64,000 nucleotides of DNA from Macrostomum lignano (lineage: Eukaryota): assembly GCA_002269645.1 (NCBI GenBank), contig NIVC01002334.1, positions 1 to 64,000 on the forward strand, given 5' to 3'. Each line of letters opens with the position of its first letter. Position 1 is the stretch's first letter. Below are positions 1 to 12,986 of the stretch, in pieces. The notes beneath the pieces are model-generated. The model made no database searches. It was not told where the DNA came from and saw only the letters and a program-made list of their open reading frames with translations. The position numbers and the translations under genes were made by a program.

Positions 1-146
1 GATGACTCCGTTGAGCAACAGGCTCCGGCCTGAAGAACAGTCTGCCAGCCGATCTTCAAGCAGAAAACTCTTCCCACTGTTTGCAGTCGTATTTGAAGCA
101 GCAAAACTTGTTTCCTCGCGCAGAAAAGCCGAATCGACAAAGAATT

Positions 147-955
147 TTATCCTGCCTGCGGCCGTGTCCGCGGACCAACCGACAATGAAGAATCGGTCAG
201 GGTTGGCGGCGGCAGACAGATCGCGAGACAATTTTCGTGTAGTGAATTGACTTTAAGCATAGATTTAGCGATTTTCTTCTCAAAAAATTGAATTTCCTCT
301 TTGCTGGCGCTGTCAAAAGTGCCCCATGACATGTACTCCGCCTTCCGGGAGTTCTCTTCAGGTGCGGCACCCAGGTGTAGGACGCCGTGAAGTCCAGACC
401 TGTGGGGTCGTCCACCACAGCCGAGACGAACTCCGTCCATAGCGAGCGCCCTCACTCGTCCAGGTCACATTGAGCGACTTAACGGGGTTCCTCTGTCCCT
501 CGAAGCCGCACACCAGGTTCTCCAGCGCCGGTCCCCTGTCTCCGACCCACACAGCGCTGAAGTGCTCGTTCGCAGCGATCGCGTCGTACTCCGAATCCAC
601 CACGGTTCTCGCAGGTGCTCAGCGGCCACTCCCTCAGTCGGAGTAGACGAGCTGGTCAAGTTGAGCAGGCGGCACACCTCACCGAAGCGGAACAGCGCGC
701 ACTGAGGCGTCTCGCTTGTTCATCTGCACCCACGCCGATGCTGCCGAGACGGAACGACCGACTCGACATGAAGCAGTCGAGCATATGAAGAGGAGCGCCC
801 GGAGCTGATCTGCCACACCGACTTTGACTTGTTCAGGCACTGGCTAGCGCTGACAACAGCGTACTTGGCTATGGCGGAGCGGCATTCAGCGTGAACAAGC
901 AGCAGGCTCCCGAGAAGCAGGAACAGCAGCATCTGCTGATGCGGTTCGGCCATCG
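147..955 (-). pseudogene. Frameshifted putative secreted protein (signal-peptide-like N-terminus, Cys-containing region)
   Basis: MAEPHQQMLLFLLLGSLLLVHAEC looks like a signal peptide. GC-rich coding-like sequence continues across several frames (ETPQCALFRFGEVCRLLN; DSEYDAIAANEHFSAVWVG; VDDPTGLDFTASYTWVPHL). No family recognised; the frameshifts may be decay or assembly indels. Confidence 0.3.
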
Positions 956-1338
956 CGATGCGGCGAAGATTTGCAGTTTGGAAAGCGGCCCCCTGCCACC
1001 GCTTATATTTCACGTTTTTTAGCATTAGCGACAAATTGGAAATCGTCATGAAGCCTCTGATTGAGTGTTCTTGATCTAATTTTCTCAAGCGCTTGATGGG
1101 TGATTGATTGACTGATTGAAAACTATACACTTGAACTCGCCATTTTTTAATTTCATTTCTCAACAACTCACCAATTTCAAGATGTAAAATTTGTAACATC
1201 CAGATTTTCCAATAGGGAATTCAATTTTGCCTAAGTGGAAATTGATGGCCTTACCGGTAGCTACATAGTTTCCCCAGTGACCTCAGATAAGATTGATAAG
1301 GTCTAGCATTGGTGAGCACGAAGTGTTTTTGCTGGATA

Positions 1339-1618
1339 GAAGGTCAGACACAGCGGATTGAGGGTCAGACACAGCCGATTGGGAGTCAGACACAGCCGAT
1401 TGGGAGTCAGACACAGCCGATTGGGAGTCAGACACAGCGGATTGAGGGTCAGACACAGCGGATTGTGGTTCAGACACAGCGGATTGCTGGTCAGACACAG
1501 CGGATTGAGGGTCAGACACAGCCGATTGGGAGTCAGACACAGCCGATTGGGAGTCAGACACAGCGGATCGAGGGTCAGACACAGCGGATTGAGGGTCAGA
1601 CACAGCGGATTGAAGGTC
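1339..1618. repeat. 21-bp minisatellite (GAGGGTCAGACACAGCGGATT), ~13 copies
   Basis: Direct tandem copies are visible. They explain ORFs 1283..1603, 1309..1752 and 1358..1648. Confidence 0.95.
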
Positions 1619-2295
1619 TTTGCAGTTTGTTTAAAAATTGTAAAATAAAATGGTGTATAATTTTTTTAATATTCAAAACAAAGGATGTAGGAAAGTATTT
1701 AGCAGTGAGTTGGTGTATTTTGGCGATTGCAACACATCGGTTCGCAGTTTGAGGTACAAAAAAAGTCAAAATTATTGCACACTTGTTAATATTAAAAAAA
1801 ACTAGACCCCATATTGAAAAGACACAGAAGAGCTGAGCGCTGCATCAGTGCCCACCTGAGAGAGGCTGCAGACGGGACTCGAACAAAAATTAAATCTGTG
1901 TCACTTCTGCGTACCGCAAAATGGCCTTCGGCACTTTGCAGCCCCGTGCAGTGAATTACAGTAAGTTACAGAGATTTATCATGCTGTGACAGTAAGTTAC
2001 AGGGATTTTTCATGCTGTGACAGTAAAATACAGAGATTTATCGCGTTAAGCATCAAGAATTGCTAGAAACAGTCAACAGAGCGGTACGAATTTCTCACAG
2101 ATTGAGCAGTGATGAAGCGATGCGTCTGAAGTTCTCTATCAATCTTCGCTTCTGAAATGAAATCGAGGATGAGCTGAAGGCATCGAACTCAGCACGACAT
2201 TTGCAATGCCGCTGTAAAGTCAGAAACCAGCCGGTGAAAATAAAGCTAGTGAACGATCAGAATCGCAATGCAGAGAGCTAGCTGCTGATTCGAAC

Positions 2296-5164
2296 TCAGG
2301 ACTCTTCTTCGCTATCCGAGTCGCTATCGTTTCTCCTGCACCTCTGCACCAGAATATAGATGAACTCAAGCAGCTCGAAGGTGCTCACGACGCTGATGCC
2401 GAGCCAAAGTCCCAGAGCTCCACCGATCTGAGGGATTTCGAGGAGAAGTGCTCGAATTTGAGCAGATGTCTGGTTTGGGGTCTCTGCAGCTTCCTGCTGC
2501 CGTGTTGCTGTGGGGCTCGGGCACTGGTTAGCTGGGCACTGAGCACCGAGACAAAGAGGCGGCACCTTGCAAAGCGTTCGGTCACTCCGTAGTCATTCAG
2601 GAGTAAGCTGCAAGCGGATGGCCACCCGATGGTAGCTCATGCCAATTGGAGCGGGTGAGAACCCATGGGAAGACGGTAGCTCATGCCAGTTGGAGCGGGT
2701 GAGAACCCATGGGAAGACGGTAGCTCAAGCCAATTGGAGCGGGTGAGAACCCATGGGAAGACGGTAGCTCATGCCAGTTGGAGCGGGTGAGAACCCATGG
2801 GAAGACGGTAGCTCATGCCAATTGGAGCGGGTGAGAACCCATGGGAAGACGGTAGCTCATGCCAGTTGGAGCGGGTGAGAACCCATGGGAAGACGGTAGC
2901 TCATGCCAGTTGGAGCGGGTGAGAACCCATGGGAAGACGGTAGCTCATGCCAATTGGAGCGGGTGAGAACCCATGGGAAGACGGTAGCTTACTGGGAGGA
3001 CTCGCGACCCAATCGGCTCTGAGGCTCGCGCAGCTCAGTTTGCTCAACCTAATTTCTACATGTAAGCAGCTTTGTAGTGGGGCTAGCTAGCATTTTACGA
3101 GGTAAAAAAAATGGCAGATCGGAGCAGCTCAGTGTCGCTAAGGGAACCAGGGCGGGACGGAGGGGCTAAGGCCGTTTTTTAAAATGCGCATGAAAATTAG
3201 CGGGTCTAGGCGGGTCTGGTCACCTGCAGCCTGCGAGAATATTGCAACAGAAATGCAGCTCTCACCTCCGACAGAGCCTCAGTCCAGTGGTATTTGTACT
3301 TCTCTTCGTAAGCGTCCGCCGCAGGACTCTGCAAGTTGATGCTGACTGCTGCCAGGTTTTTGGACAATGAGCGACGCTGAAGGCAGTACGGTGCTGACTC
3401 GAGGTATTCTTCCAAAAGCTCGTTGAGTGTGGAAGTGTTAGTATTATCAATAGTTCTATTATAACTGAACCAAGCCGTGCAATTCCAGTAGTCCTGCTCA
3501 AGAAGATGCATTAATACATGTTCCTTTCTGGAAAAAAGTAGAAATTTTTTTATCATGTGCTGCTTTTTTCCATCCCTGCTCCGCCTGAACTTCATTCCAT
3601 GTCTGACCAGCGGCGCTATCAGTTCTTCTGAGATCTCTTGAATAGCGCTTAACGGGGGCCAGCTGCGGCTCTGCTGCCAAGGCCGTTGCTGCGTAAAATC
3701 GCACCGCATCCGGTGCTGAAACTCTTTCACCAGCTCCTGACCTCGCCTCTGTGCGTGTTCAAACCAGAGGTCATGGCAGCTGATTCTTTTGAGCACAGCA
3801 TCTGATGGGGTTATCCAATTCTGCGGTGGAGCGAAGTAACACAGGTCGCTCGTGTTCACCGAGAACGGAAGCAGGTGCGAGTAGCAGCCGCAGTTGCTTT
3901 GCAGGATGCTCTGCTGTGCCTCGAATACAAAATCTGAAATGGATTTGAAGTACTCCTTGCTAACAACGTTCGTCGAGGCGTTGGAGAAGTATCTGACGTA
4001 GTTGATGGTTTCTAAAGGAGGCTCGGAACACCTGCGACTCGGCGTCGACACGAGCCGGTTGTGGATCGGCCTGAGTTTGATGGAGGTGCTTCTGGCTGAG
4101 GCCACGTCTACGAACTCGGCGTCTGCAGTTTAGCATGGGTAAAAGGTTTTAGCGATAAAAGCTAAAGTGAGCATTTGGAATCTTTTGCTCGATGAATCGT
4201 TCATTTTTATAGAACCTTCGAAGTTTTCGAGCATTTGGAAAGTATTGCAGTTCTAAATCAAGACAATTATAAACCCTCTAAGCAAAGTAAAACCTTACTA
4301 GGCAAAAAATCTATTTTTTAAATAATACGTACCAGTCAACGGGTAGCTTTTTGCTTCGTGAAAGAAAATTCGCAATCCATTCGACTGAGGTTGGTTGTTG
4401 TTCAGCAGCCGGCTTATAGCTATCATATTGAAAGCCAATCGACCAAGACATACTAGTTTTGAAATAATATTAGAAAATTCGGGACGGTAGGTAAAACTAG
4501 AAGAGCCAATGTATCCATCGGTGAAGAGAACCATGTCCAACTTGGCTCCTCTGCCCCCAGAACCGCTGGACGACTGCTTTGGGTCCGGGTGGAACGTGTA
4601 GCAGTTCCAGAACCGGCTCGTCTGGACAAGCGAAAAGTTTTTGTAACTGCATGGCTCGTTGTTGTAGCGGCATCGCAGCAGCATGGTCTCGTCGAGGTGG
4701 GAGATGTCTCTGGTGTCGTCCGACACCCACATCACGTCTAGGACCTTCTTGCACACCGTCTCAAGTCGGCTTTCATAGCTTTCATCCGATTCTTGCGGGC
4801 GCTTCGGGGTGTCCTCTTTGAACCAGTTGACGAAATTGCCCCAGAAAGTCGGAAAGTATTTGCTTACAAGAATATTAGGACCTACGCTTGCAGAAAGGGG
4901 CTTGAAGTTGCAGATTGTGACCTCGGGAAACTGGGCTTGTTCGCTCCTCAGCTTCAGCTGCGACTCAACGGAGTGCTCGGTGAACTTCTGCACCAACTTG
5001 GCCAGGTGGACGGTGCAGCCGATCAGGGCAGCTACGAACAGAAGCAGCCAGAAGAGCCGTCTAGCTGTGCTTCTGGACAGGAATATGTGCAGCAAGCCGT
5101 GAGTTCTCGTGATGCCAGCCACCTCCTGAGCGGCACCGGTCACCGTGCGGAGTCGGGCTCGCAT
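2296..5164 (-). CDS. DEG/ENaC (amiloride-sensitive channel family) subunit, 3 exons, ~606 aa
   Basis: Exons 5164-4333, 4122-3266 and 2427-2296 join in frame via GT-AG (YPLT/D/AEFV; ALSE/IGG), total 1821 nt. Motifs: N-terminal T-x-HG, TM1 (RRLFWLLLF), FPEVTICN, CRYNNEPC, NCYTF, GLRIFFH, CGC, and TM2 IGGALGLWLGIS with the G-x-S filter. Confidence 0.93.
2628..2989. repeat. 44-bp tandem repeat, ~8 copies, in the last ENaC intron
   Basis: Unit GACGGTAGCTCATGCCA(A/G)TTGGAGCGGGTGAGAACCCATGGGAA, nearly identical copies. Confidence 0.95.
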
Positions 5165-5630
5165 TTTCGACTTCGGTTTTTAATGCAGCCTGCTAAACAA
5201 TTTTCTAAGGCAAGAATTATCAAGTTGTTTACTGGTTACTACCGAATTCTTTACTCGGTTAAGCCAGGCGGTCCTGTTCCAGCCGTGCAAACTGCATCTT
5301 ATCGGTGCCCTAGACTAAATCATGCCCATACCTGAGCTTGCGGCTTTGTTACATAGATAACATCGGGACAGCGGAAGCAAATTAAAAGTCCATGAAATAT
5401 TTCAGTCACATTATATACTGAGCTAGTTATAGCCTAGCATCTGTAGTGTAGTATCCATTTTCTATCAAAAATACCGCTCGAATGATGGACTAATTGAAGC
5501 CAAATTTTTTTTAAAATACTCGTAGAAACTTCTGATTATAGCCATGGATCCGGAAATTGTTATATACAGAATAATTCGTTCCTTGGTTGCAGATTTGTTA
5601 GAACGCTTTTAATTTAATTGCTATCTCGCG

Positions 5631-5976
5631 CAGGGGCGTCGCCAATGGGGGGACAGGGGGGACATGTGTCCCCTACCCCCCCCCCCAGTAAAAGATCTGG
5701 GGGGCATGCCAATGCTTTCTCCCCCCCCCCACCATGTGACCCGTTATGGAAATCAATAAATTTGCGTCAGGCTGGCAAAAAAATAGTGCCTGCGGTGCTA
5801 AAATGAGTGCCTGCGGCGCTAAAATGAGTGCCTGCGGCGCTAAAATGAGTGCCTGCGGCGCTAAAATGAGTGCCTGCGGCGCTAAAATGAGTGCCTGCGG
5901 CGCTAAAATGAGTGCCTGCGGCGCCAAAATGAGTGTCTGGTGCCCCCCCACCAAAAAATCCATGGCGACACCCCTG
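5631..5976. mobile_element. hAT-type MITE carrying an internal 21-bp minisatellite
   Basis: TIRs CAGGGGCGTCGCCA / TGGCGACACCCCTG and a perfect 8-bp TSD ATCTCGCG (5623-5630 and 5977-5984). Internal (AAAATGAGTGCCTGCGGCGCT)n, ~7 copies. Confidence 0.88.
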
Positions 5977-6049
5977 ATCTCGCGTATCGCCATTACTAAA
6001 GTAAATGTAGCGGATATATTGCATGCGAAGGTGTATTCAGCACGCCTGT

Positions 6050-9000
6050 GAAATATGAGACAGACCAGGCCTATGGGCTATGGTCTGCGACGCTTCACGC
6101 CTGCCCCTATCCCCTATCTATCCGCAGGTTAAGGCTGGTGGGAGGTCTGCACCCTCAATTTGCCGCTGGCAGCCGCAGACCCTCCCCCACGCTGTCTCGC
6201 AAGTAGTAGGGGTACCCAGGACCCAGGGGTACTCGTCCCCGCGTGTGTTCAAGGCAGACCCTGGGGCTGCTGGACTGACTGGGCTCCGACGCTGGCGACG
6301 CATCGAGTGGCTTCGGCCGAACTTGGGTATGCGGGTCTGGCTCGCCAGCCTGCAGGCCGTGGTACTGCTTAACGTGCCTAAGGTGTTTGACTGTGCCGAT
6401 GGGCTGGAAGGCCGGGGGGTTGTCCGGTCGCTAGCGGTCCTTCCTTTTCCTTTTTCTTCTTTCCTCTTTCCTTTGTGACTCAGCTCACTCCTTCCCGCTT
6501 TCAGCTATGGCGTTCTCCGCCTCTAAAACATAAAACTCCCGCTGAAGCCGGGGCCCCGGCAACTCCGGCCGGTGACTCTAGCACCAGCGCCGCCCCACCG
6601 GGGCAGATGGGCTTGCCACCGGCTCGGCCGGTGACATGCCCGCACGCGCACCCGGGCCCTCAGCAGAGGCCCGACGTGCCCGCAACCAACGCCGCAACGA
6701 GCGGCGACGGTGACTGCGGGATACTGCGGGCCGGCCACCGGCGGAGGGGGAACCTAGGGAGGGCGAGGCTGCCGTTGGGCCGAAAGGAGCCACAGCAACC
6801 CCTGCCCCCAGGATACAACCCCCGCTGATGAGCCACCCAGTAAACCTGCTACCAGCGCGGCCGGGCCTTCGGGAACCGCCGCCACCAACTACGCCCGTGA
6901 GCGTGGTCAAATCTACCAAGACCGACGGCTGCATCTTCATCTGGTGCAACTCGGAGGAGAGCAGCCGCAGTCTACGCGAGCTTCTGCCAAAGTTGAACAG
7001 GCTCAAGAAGCTCGGCAAGCTTGTCTTCGCCAGCGAGGGCGAGCGACAAAAGACCCAGCGCTTTTGCGTCTGGATCCCGGCCGGCAGTGCCATTAAGTCC
7101 GGGGATCAGCTTAGGCAAATCCTGCTAAAGCTGCATCCTGGCCTTGAGGTCAATGGGATACTACACCACGCCACTTCCCGCAAGGAGAAGGGGGCCACGG
7201 TGATTCTTGGGCTCTCCGACGACTGGGCTAAGCGCCTGCCGCCTAAGTCCACAATCCACCTTCGTCTGACTCAGCTGACCATCCTCCGTTGCAAGGAGCG
7301 GAAAGCTGATGAAGCCAAGCATGCCGAGGTTTCCGAAACCGGAACTGGGGCCCAGGCTCTTCCGGCAAAGAAGCTGAGGCAAACGGCCGACCCCAAGCCC
7401 AGTAAGGCAGTTCGCGCTGCTAAAACCGGATATCGCAATCGCAGACCCGCCAGGAGCACCCGGAGGTCCGGTCTGATCCAGGCCCGCGCTTCTCGTGCTC
7501 CACCCCAACAGCCAGAAGGCCGGGCTGTCGGCGGGAAGGCGCCGACCGACTGTTCGAGTCTGCGACTCACCAGGAGGCTGGCACCACCCGCATCGACCTG
7601 ACCGACGAGGCAGAGGGGACGGGCAGTGAAGCACCGAAGCACGTAGGGGAGGCGACGGTAACGTCCATGCTGGGCTCATACCCGCGGAGGACTCCGCAGC
7701 CACCCTAACTGCCGAGGACGCTGAAACTCCCATGGAGATCTGAGGGCCAACCACCCCTGAAAAGGAGGAGGATGACCTGCTCACCGATTCCCCAACTGCA
7801 TGATAATGATCAGCAGCCAGGGAATCCATTGCTAGCAGATTAATCTGCAACACTGCGTTGCAGCCTCGGTCAACCTTATGCGTCACGCCGGGCTCGACAC
7901 GCCAGGGCTCATCTTCGTCCAGGAACCCTGGACTCTTAGAGGTAAGCCTCAAAACGCCCCTGCCAGCTACAACTGTTTTTATACATACCTTCGCGAGGCC
8001 AACCAGCCTCCCAGAGCTTGCATCTTTTCGGTCAACATGTTCAGTGCGTGGCTCAGATCGGACCTGTCTAACAGGGACATCTGCGTCATCCAATCTGAGG
8101 ACCTCCTTCCTGGGAAGACCACCCTCATAGCCTCGGTCTACCTAACAGGCGATTCTGCGGTCGTCCCCACAGCCCTCGCTACGCTGGTGGAGCTCTGCTG
8201 TGCCAAAAACTACGAGCTTATGGTTGCCGGCGACATCAACGCCCACCATACTCACTGGGGCAGCACCGGCATTAATCTGGCCTCCGTCGCAGAGCTAAGA
8301 GACTCCACCGCAGAGCAACTAAAACTAAGAGCCCAGCGGACCAAACCGCCTATCATGAAGCAATCCATGAGTTGAAAAAGGCAGGTTAGGAATGCAAAGG
8401 CTCAAAAATGGCGACAATACTGCGAGGAGCTAGAGGGCTCACGCCCCACCTCCAGAATTGCGAAAGCGCTTACGCTGGACAAAATTTCTAAGCTTTCCTC
8501 AGTCAAACGCACCAACGGTACGTCCACGGACAACCCAGGGGAAACGCTTGATGAAATGCTCACTGCGTTTTTCCCCAACGAGCCAGCTAGCCCGACCACT
8601 CCGGATCACTCGGAGGGAGGTCACGCGCTGGCTGCCTCTATCATCACGGACCGCATCGTGAGAGTGGCTAACTCCTTCAAACCTTTCAAAGCCCCAGGGT
8701 CCGACGGCATCGTACCTGCCATTCTAAGAGAGGCGGTTAAATGCCCAGGCTTCCTGCGTAAACTTTGCAGCCTTTTTCGGGCGTGCATCACGCTTCGTTA
8801 TGTTCCGCAGGCATGGACCGAGGCAAAGGTGATTTTTATCCCTAAGCCAGGCCGCCCGGACTGCCATTCTATCAAATCCTTCAGACCGATCAGCCTGACC
8901 TCCTCCCTGGTCAAGCTGATGGAGAGACTGGTGCTGTGGCGCCTTCTCTCCGTAGAGCTGAAGAACAAGCCTTCCAGCGAGAACCAGCACGTCTTTCGGG

Positions 9001-12000
9001 CGGGTCGCTCCACTGAAATCGCGCTGTACGTCCTGGTCGATAACTTGAGAAGGCCGTGCTTGGTTGCGGCTTCGCTCTGGGGATCTTCCTGGACATCATT
9101 GGCGCCTTCGATAACATCCTCTTCGAGGCGTTCCGAAGAGCTCTTTGTGAGAGGCAAACGCACTCACATCTCACCAGATGGATCATGTACATGATCAGCC
9201 ATCGCACGGCCACCGCCAGTCTGCTGGACTACCAGAGGACGGTCATCGTCTGCAAAGGTAGCCCGCAAGGTATGGTGCTGTCTCCAGTTCTCTGGAATAT
9301 GGTCATCGATGAGCTCCTCCGGGATGTTCGGCCTGACCCCATTCTGAAAGTTGGATATGCGGACGATGTCACCGCGGTGGCATCTGGTCCGTCCCCTGAT
9401 ACCCTCAGGGACCTTCTTCAGAACTTCATCTACGCCGCTGAGCAATGGGCGGACCGCTGTGGTTTAAGGCTCTCTGAGACTAAGACCGCAGCGATCATGT
9501 TCACCAGCAGGACCAAGTGGCAGATTCGGCCGCTCACGCTTTACGGAAGGGAAATCCCCTTCTGCAATGGAATATTGGATACATTGCGATACGGCAAATA
9601 CGAGCCGTAGTTTAGGCCCTAGACAAACCTACTGGAGCGATTGGAGATTTTAAAACTATTAATTCCTATTGCCTATCGCGGGTAGGTGAGTCCTACCAAG
9701 CTTTCTCTAATAGTCGCAGATACGGTACAAGTAAATGAATTACGCGGTAGAAAGCAATTCCAGATGGATTTAGATTGATGATCCTAATCTGACATAAAGA
9801 CTGACTGAGACTTGAATTCTTAATATTTGATTGACTCCAAATTTTAACACAGATTAGATAACGCAATTTGCAATTGAACACTTGACAAATGAAATTAACA
9901 ACGCACTCCGGCGAGTGGATCTCAATGCTGGAAGAAGTGAAAAGGCGAAACCAGAACACAGGACCAACGGAGAAGCTTCCTACACACCCCTGGCCTAATC
10001 CCAAGGTCCTACTCTCAGAAGAGGACACTGACGGTCTGACGGTTCAGCGAATCCCTCGCCAAATCCTACCAGATATGCCTTTCAGTGAAATACTGGGGCC
10101 CTCGGGATCGAGGTCGCGTACTATGTCAAACCGACAGTTCCTACCTATACCGCGCTTGCCGACGACAAACTCTGAAAAAGGTTGTCGCGATTGTTACGCC
10201 GGCAAGGCTACTGCGGTCGGGCAGCGGAACAAGATATGGGCCGGGGCTCGACTCGATAAAAGCGCCTCAAAGCACGGCAGATGGCAAAACGGCCGGGAGA
10301 CGAAAACGATCAACCAGACGAAAAGGAGAAGAACCGGGATGTCTGTCTGGCTGACCGCTCGATAATCCAAATTGCACTGAACCCACGGCGCGCTCTCAGG
10401 CCGGGTAGAGTCGGGTTTTGACACCGGGTTCGGGGTTCGGGGTAGGCGTTCAGGTCGGGTTCGGGGTTCGGGGTAGTGTATTCGGGTTCGGGTTTCGGTT
10501 GTTCGGGTTTTGGTACCGGGTTCGGGGTTTTCGGGTTTTTTATATTTTTTACGAGTTGGAACGAAATTAAGCGTAAACTGAGTGTTTCTAGGTTTTTTCG
10601 CGTATATTTAATTTTTTAAATCGTCTTAAATATCATTCCAGTATGCTACCTTACCTTATAATGCGCAACAATTTACACAAATGATAAATTAAGGCTTCGT
10701 CAAGAATTCGTTTAGAAAAAAAATGAATTTATATAATATTATAGCCTTCTCCAAGCAAAAGAAGACCATATTGGTGCATTTGCATTGCTTGCATTATACT
10801 GAGCTGAGGAATGTCTTGACTAATATTATTATTATGCAATCATATTATTAAATAATTTATTGACAGAATCTTTAATAGTTCGCAGTGCCTTTATTTACGA
10901 ATCTGCTGATTCCAAATTCTGAGCCATGTCTCTTGGTTAAAATGAAAAATGGACTATATCAATGTGATTTTCTAAAATTTAGTTGAATTTCTGACAGTCA
11001 GCATGACTCAACAATTAATACAAATAATTTTTGAGAATACGAAATTAAAAATACGAAAAATAGTGCAACTATTTTGATTCTGATTGAGTATTGATGTTTT
11101 TTTCGGGTAGAATTTCGGGGCCGGGTCGGGTTTTGGGTCTGGGTTCGGGGTTAGAGCTTTGGGTTCGGATTCTACCCCGAACCCGAAAAATGGAAACCCG
11201 AAAGCTCCTACCAGGTTGTCGGCCCTCGGCTGATTTAACTGGTTTTGGAACGCGTCTAGTTGTTTCGCAATAATAAACTCTAACTAACAAAAAGCACTTT
11301 GAAAACAAACCCAAAAATAGAACGAAAACATTAATTAATAATTAATGACAATTAAAGGTAATTTACGTAAGATGCTCACATTAAAGCAAGCAGACTAAAT
11401 GTCTAGGTAAACCCCTGGACCACAGGCTGAACTGGTCACCCCACGTTCAAACAAAAGCCAAAAAGGCCCTCGTAGTCCTCGCGCAACTGCGCAGGGCTGT
11501 CGGCACCACCTGGGGGCTCACCCCCAAGCGCCTCTGGTGGATCTACACTGCAATGGTTAGGCCCGCTATCTCGTATGGCGGCCTGATCTGGGCTAGCGCC
11601 CTGCAGATAAAGACCTGTCTAGAGGCTCTCAGGAGAACGCATGGGCGCGCATGCCGCATGATCATGAGCGCCCCCCGTCTGCTCCCTAAGATGGCCACAA
11701 CGTTTTCCTCAACATTCCCCCGCTGGACATCTTCGTCCGCAGGGAAGCGGCTAAGACTACCCGCCGTCTAATTGACGCTGGCATTCGAATCCAGCCCCAA
11801 AGGGCCATGGCTAAGCGCAAGCTCCTGCCTCTCGCCGACCTCTGCCTCAAAGACTTGAGAGACAGCGAGCGGGCTCCACGTCTTATCTGACGGCGAACGC
11901 CGCACTCTCAACCTCTTTCAGCGCTACAAGGTCACCATCCCCTCAAAGGATGCTGCCACTGACCACTGGAACTTCCAGGAGGTCCATTGCTACACGGATG

Positions 12001-12773
12001 GATCCATCAAAGACGGCCACGCCGGCTTTGGGGTCTGCATCATCATCAACGGCCGCGTCATTTTTACGCATGCCCAGCACACTGGTAGACTCTCCACAGT
12101 CTTCCAGAACGAAGTCCTTGCCATCAGCTCCTGCGCTGCAGAGCTGAACGCCAAGGGTACGAGAGGAGAGACTTGTCATCCACTCTGAAAGCCAAGCGGC
12201 CTTACAGGCCCTTTGCCACACCACAACGAACTCCCGGACAGTCGCCGACTGCGTCCGGCAGCTCAACCTTCTCGCCAGTAGCAATACTGTTAGGCTGAAG
12301 TGGATCCCAGGGCACGCAGGGTTTCCGGGGACCCTCGCCAAGAGGGGCGGCTCTGGCTCTTTCTTTGGCCCTGCCCCCTTGGTCCTTATGCCTTCGACAG
12401 TCATCAATCTCGTGCCGTGGTTCCGTGTCTCTCTCGTAGGCTCAGAAACGTCCTTCTGAACCAAAATCAGAAGGATATTCGAGCCCTTGTCATGACCTTT
12501 ACTGGCCATGGCTACCTCGCCAGGCACTGCTTGCTCAGCACTTTGTTTGTCACTGCCCTTTCTTTACCAGAGACCGGCTACGCTACTTCGGGCCGAACCC
12601 GTCCATTGACGAGGTCTGCCAGCCCGACAGCATCCCACCACAGCTCATCCAGTTCCTTCGGGCGACAATACGAGCCACTTTCTTCCCCACGGAAGATCAC
12701 GCTGCTAGACGGACCGGCGGACCACCCTTGTAGAGATCTCCAAACATGGTAGCCTACTAGAAGTAGTAAGATA
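6050..12773 (+). mobile_element. Decayed non-LTR retrotransposon, LOA/R1-group-like (ORF1; APE endonuclease, RT, RNase H)
   Basis: ORF1 region 6475-7601 resembles the DUF4780 pattern. APE motifs QINLQH, QEPW, PRAC, GDINAHHTHWGS (7825-8275). RT motifs KAPGSDG, FRPISLTS, FLDIIGAFDN, PQGMVLSPVLWN, YADD (8690-9567). After the insertion: KCLG, LDHRLNW, WIYTAMVRP, then RNase H YTDGS, EVLAI, WIPGH (11390-12330) and TGHGYL. Multiple frameshifts and deletions; 5' boundary approximate. Confidence 0.9.
9568..11385. mobile_element. Unclassified 1.8-kb insertion splitting the LINE RT domain
   Basis: Flanked by a 4-bp duplication GCAA (9564-9567, 11386-11389). Removing it restores REIPFCKQTKCLG in frame. 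It contains CGGGTT-rich subterminal-type repeats (10400-10540, 11100-11210) like a degenerate hAT MITE. Confidence 0.75.
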
Positions 12774-12986
12774 AAATTATTAACACAAATTTAAAAATAG
12801 CTATGCGTCATACTCTATTTTTAGTAATACCAGTAATATCATGCAAACAGCGAGTGACTATGCTATTGTCCGAAAAACCGGTTCTCGACATCTATTTTTA
12901 GAACTTCCAAATACGGTAAATGTTAACCTGAATGTGACCAAAGTCTCACCCTTTTCTATTCAAAAACCCCACCGGTCAAATAATAA

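Noticed and set aside
1283-1752. Repetitive ORFs here and at 5673-6051, 27110-27882, 55033-55636, 61635-61868 and 62418-63215
   Set aside because: They are translations of minisatellites that happen to lack stops, with no splice or domain support.
4416-4452. Micro-intron in ENaC exon 1 (GTATGT...AG)
   Set aside because: Candidate lengths of 34 or 41 nt would break the frame, while the unspliced frame is open.
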